Shown here: piece by piece, positions 63,842 through 64,000 of the stretch
Numbering within the stretch: position 1 is the stretch's first letter
Layout of the letters: every line of letters starts with the position of its first letter
Virus record (IMG/VR): IMGVR_UViG_3300011855_000001
Span: 1 to 64,000 of that record
Direction: 5' to 3' (one strand)
Origin: an uncultured virus (IMG/VR IMGVR_UViG_3300011855_000001)
Lineage: Duplodnaviria; Heunggongvirae; Uroviricota; Caudoviricetes
DNA length: 64,000 nucleotides
Notes under the pieces: generated by a model
Databases searched by the model: none
Told to the model about the DNA's origin: nothing
What the model saw: only the letters and a program-made list of their open reading frames with translations
Program-made: the position numbers and the translations under genes

Positions 63842-63917
63842 CAGGAATCCTTTTAGGGTTGGTTAAATAACCCGTAACGCACCGCGCTACGGGGCCTTAT
63901 TGCTTGATGCGTGGTTG

Positions 63918-63945
63918 ATGATACGTTATGTGTGCCGTAATGCAA
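63918..63945 (-). promoter_or_regulatory. early sigma70 promoter with palindromic operator
   Basis: TTGCAT-16nt-TATCAT; TACGTTA-TGTG-TGCCGTA. Confidence 0.7.
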
Positions 63946-64000
63946 GCATTATTTACGCTGCTGCTGACGTCCCAGCTCGAACCAGCGCCATGCGGTCGGG

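Noticed and set aside
1..64000. CRISPR array, integrase/att site, IS element, invertase, DGR
   Set aside because: No regularly spaced repeats and no recombinase, transposase or RT motifs were seen; the fibre genes are co-oriented and diverged at DNA level

Overview
The window is a 64-kb part of a tailed dsDNA myophage genome. The host is probably enterobacterial or gammaproteobacterial (inferred from the spanins, HU and sigma70-type promoters). No host genes, integrase, DNA polymerase or CRISPR array were recognised. Left (1-12.5 kb): replication and recombination genes (primase-helicase, VRR-NUC, SSB, SF2 helicase, HTH protein, RecE-like exonuclease, SMC-like ATPase, putative annealing protein, HU, Dda/RecD-like helicase). 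Middle (12.5-49 kb, mostly minus strand): lysis cassette, tail fibre, baseplate, tape measure, tube and sheath, neck, capsid, scaffold, protease, MuF, portal, a tRNA-Asn/ncRNA island and terminase. Right (49-64 kb): a second tail fibre, a likely virion-packaged effector cassette (2251-aa kinase + ADP-ribosyltransferase, Nudix) and small early genes. Most notable unannotated features: (1) a tRNA-linked structured RNA whose two loops are complementary to the translation starts of several genes; (2) a 200-nt structured RNA between portal and MuF, followed by a probable AUC start; (3) a late promoter GTCGTGAYG-N-NANNNT found 10 times; (4) a palindromic operator in three early promoters; (5) promoter-in-hairpin gating of the holin and of a ParE-like gene; (6) a terminase with an extra degenerate ATPase domain; (7) a UUU-CG +1 frameshift in the tail chaperone; (8) a domain shared by the helicase and the recombination protein. 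All calls come from reading motifs by eye; no database search or folding program was run.
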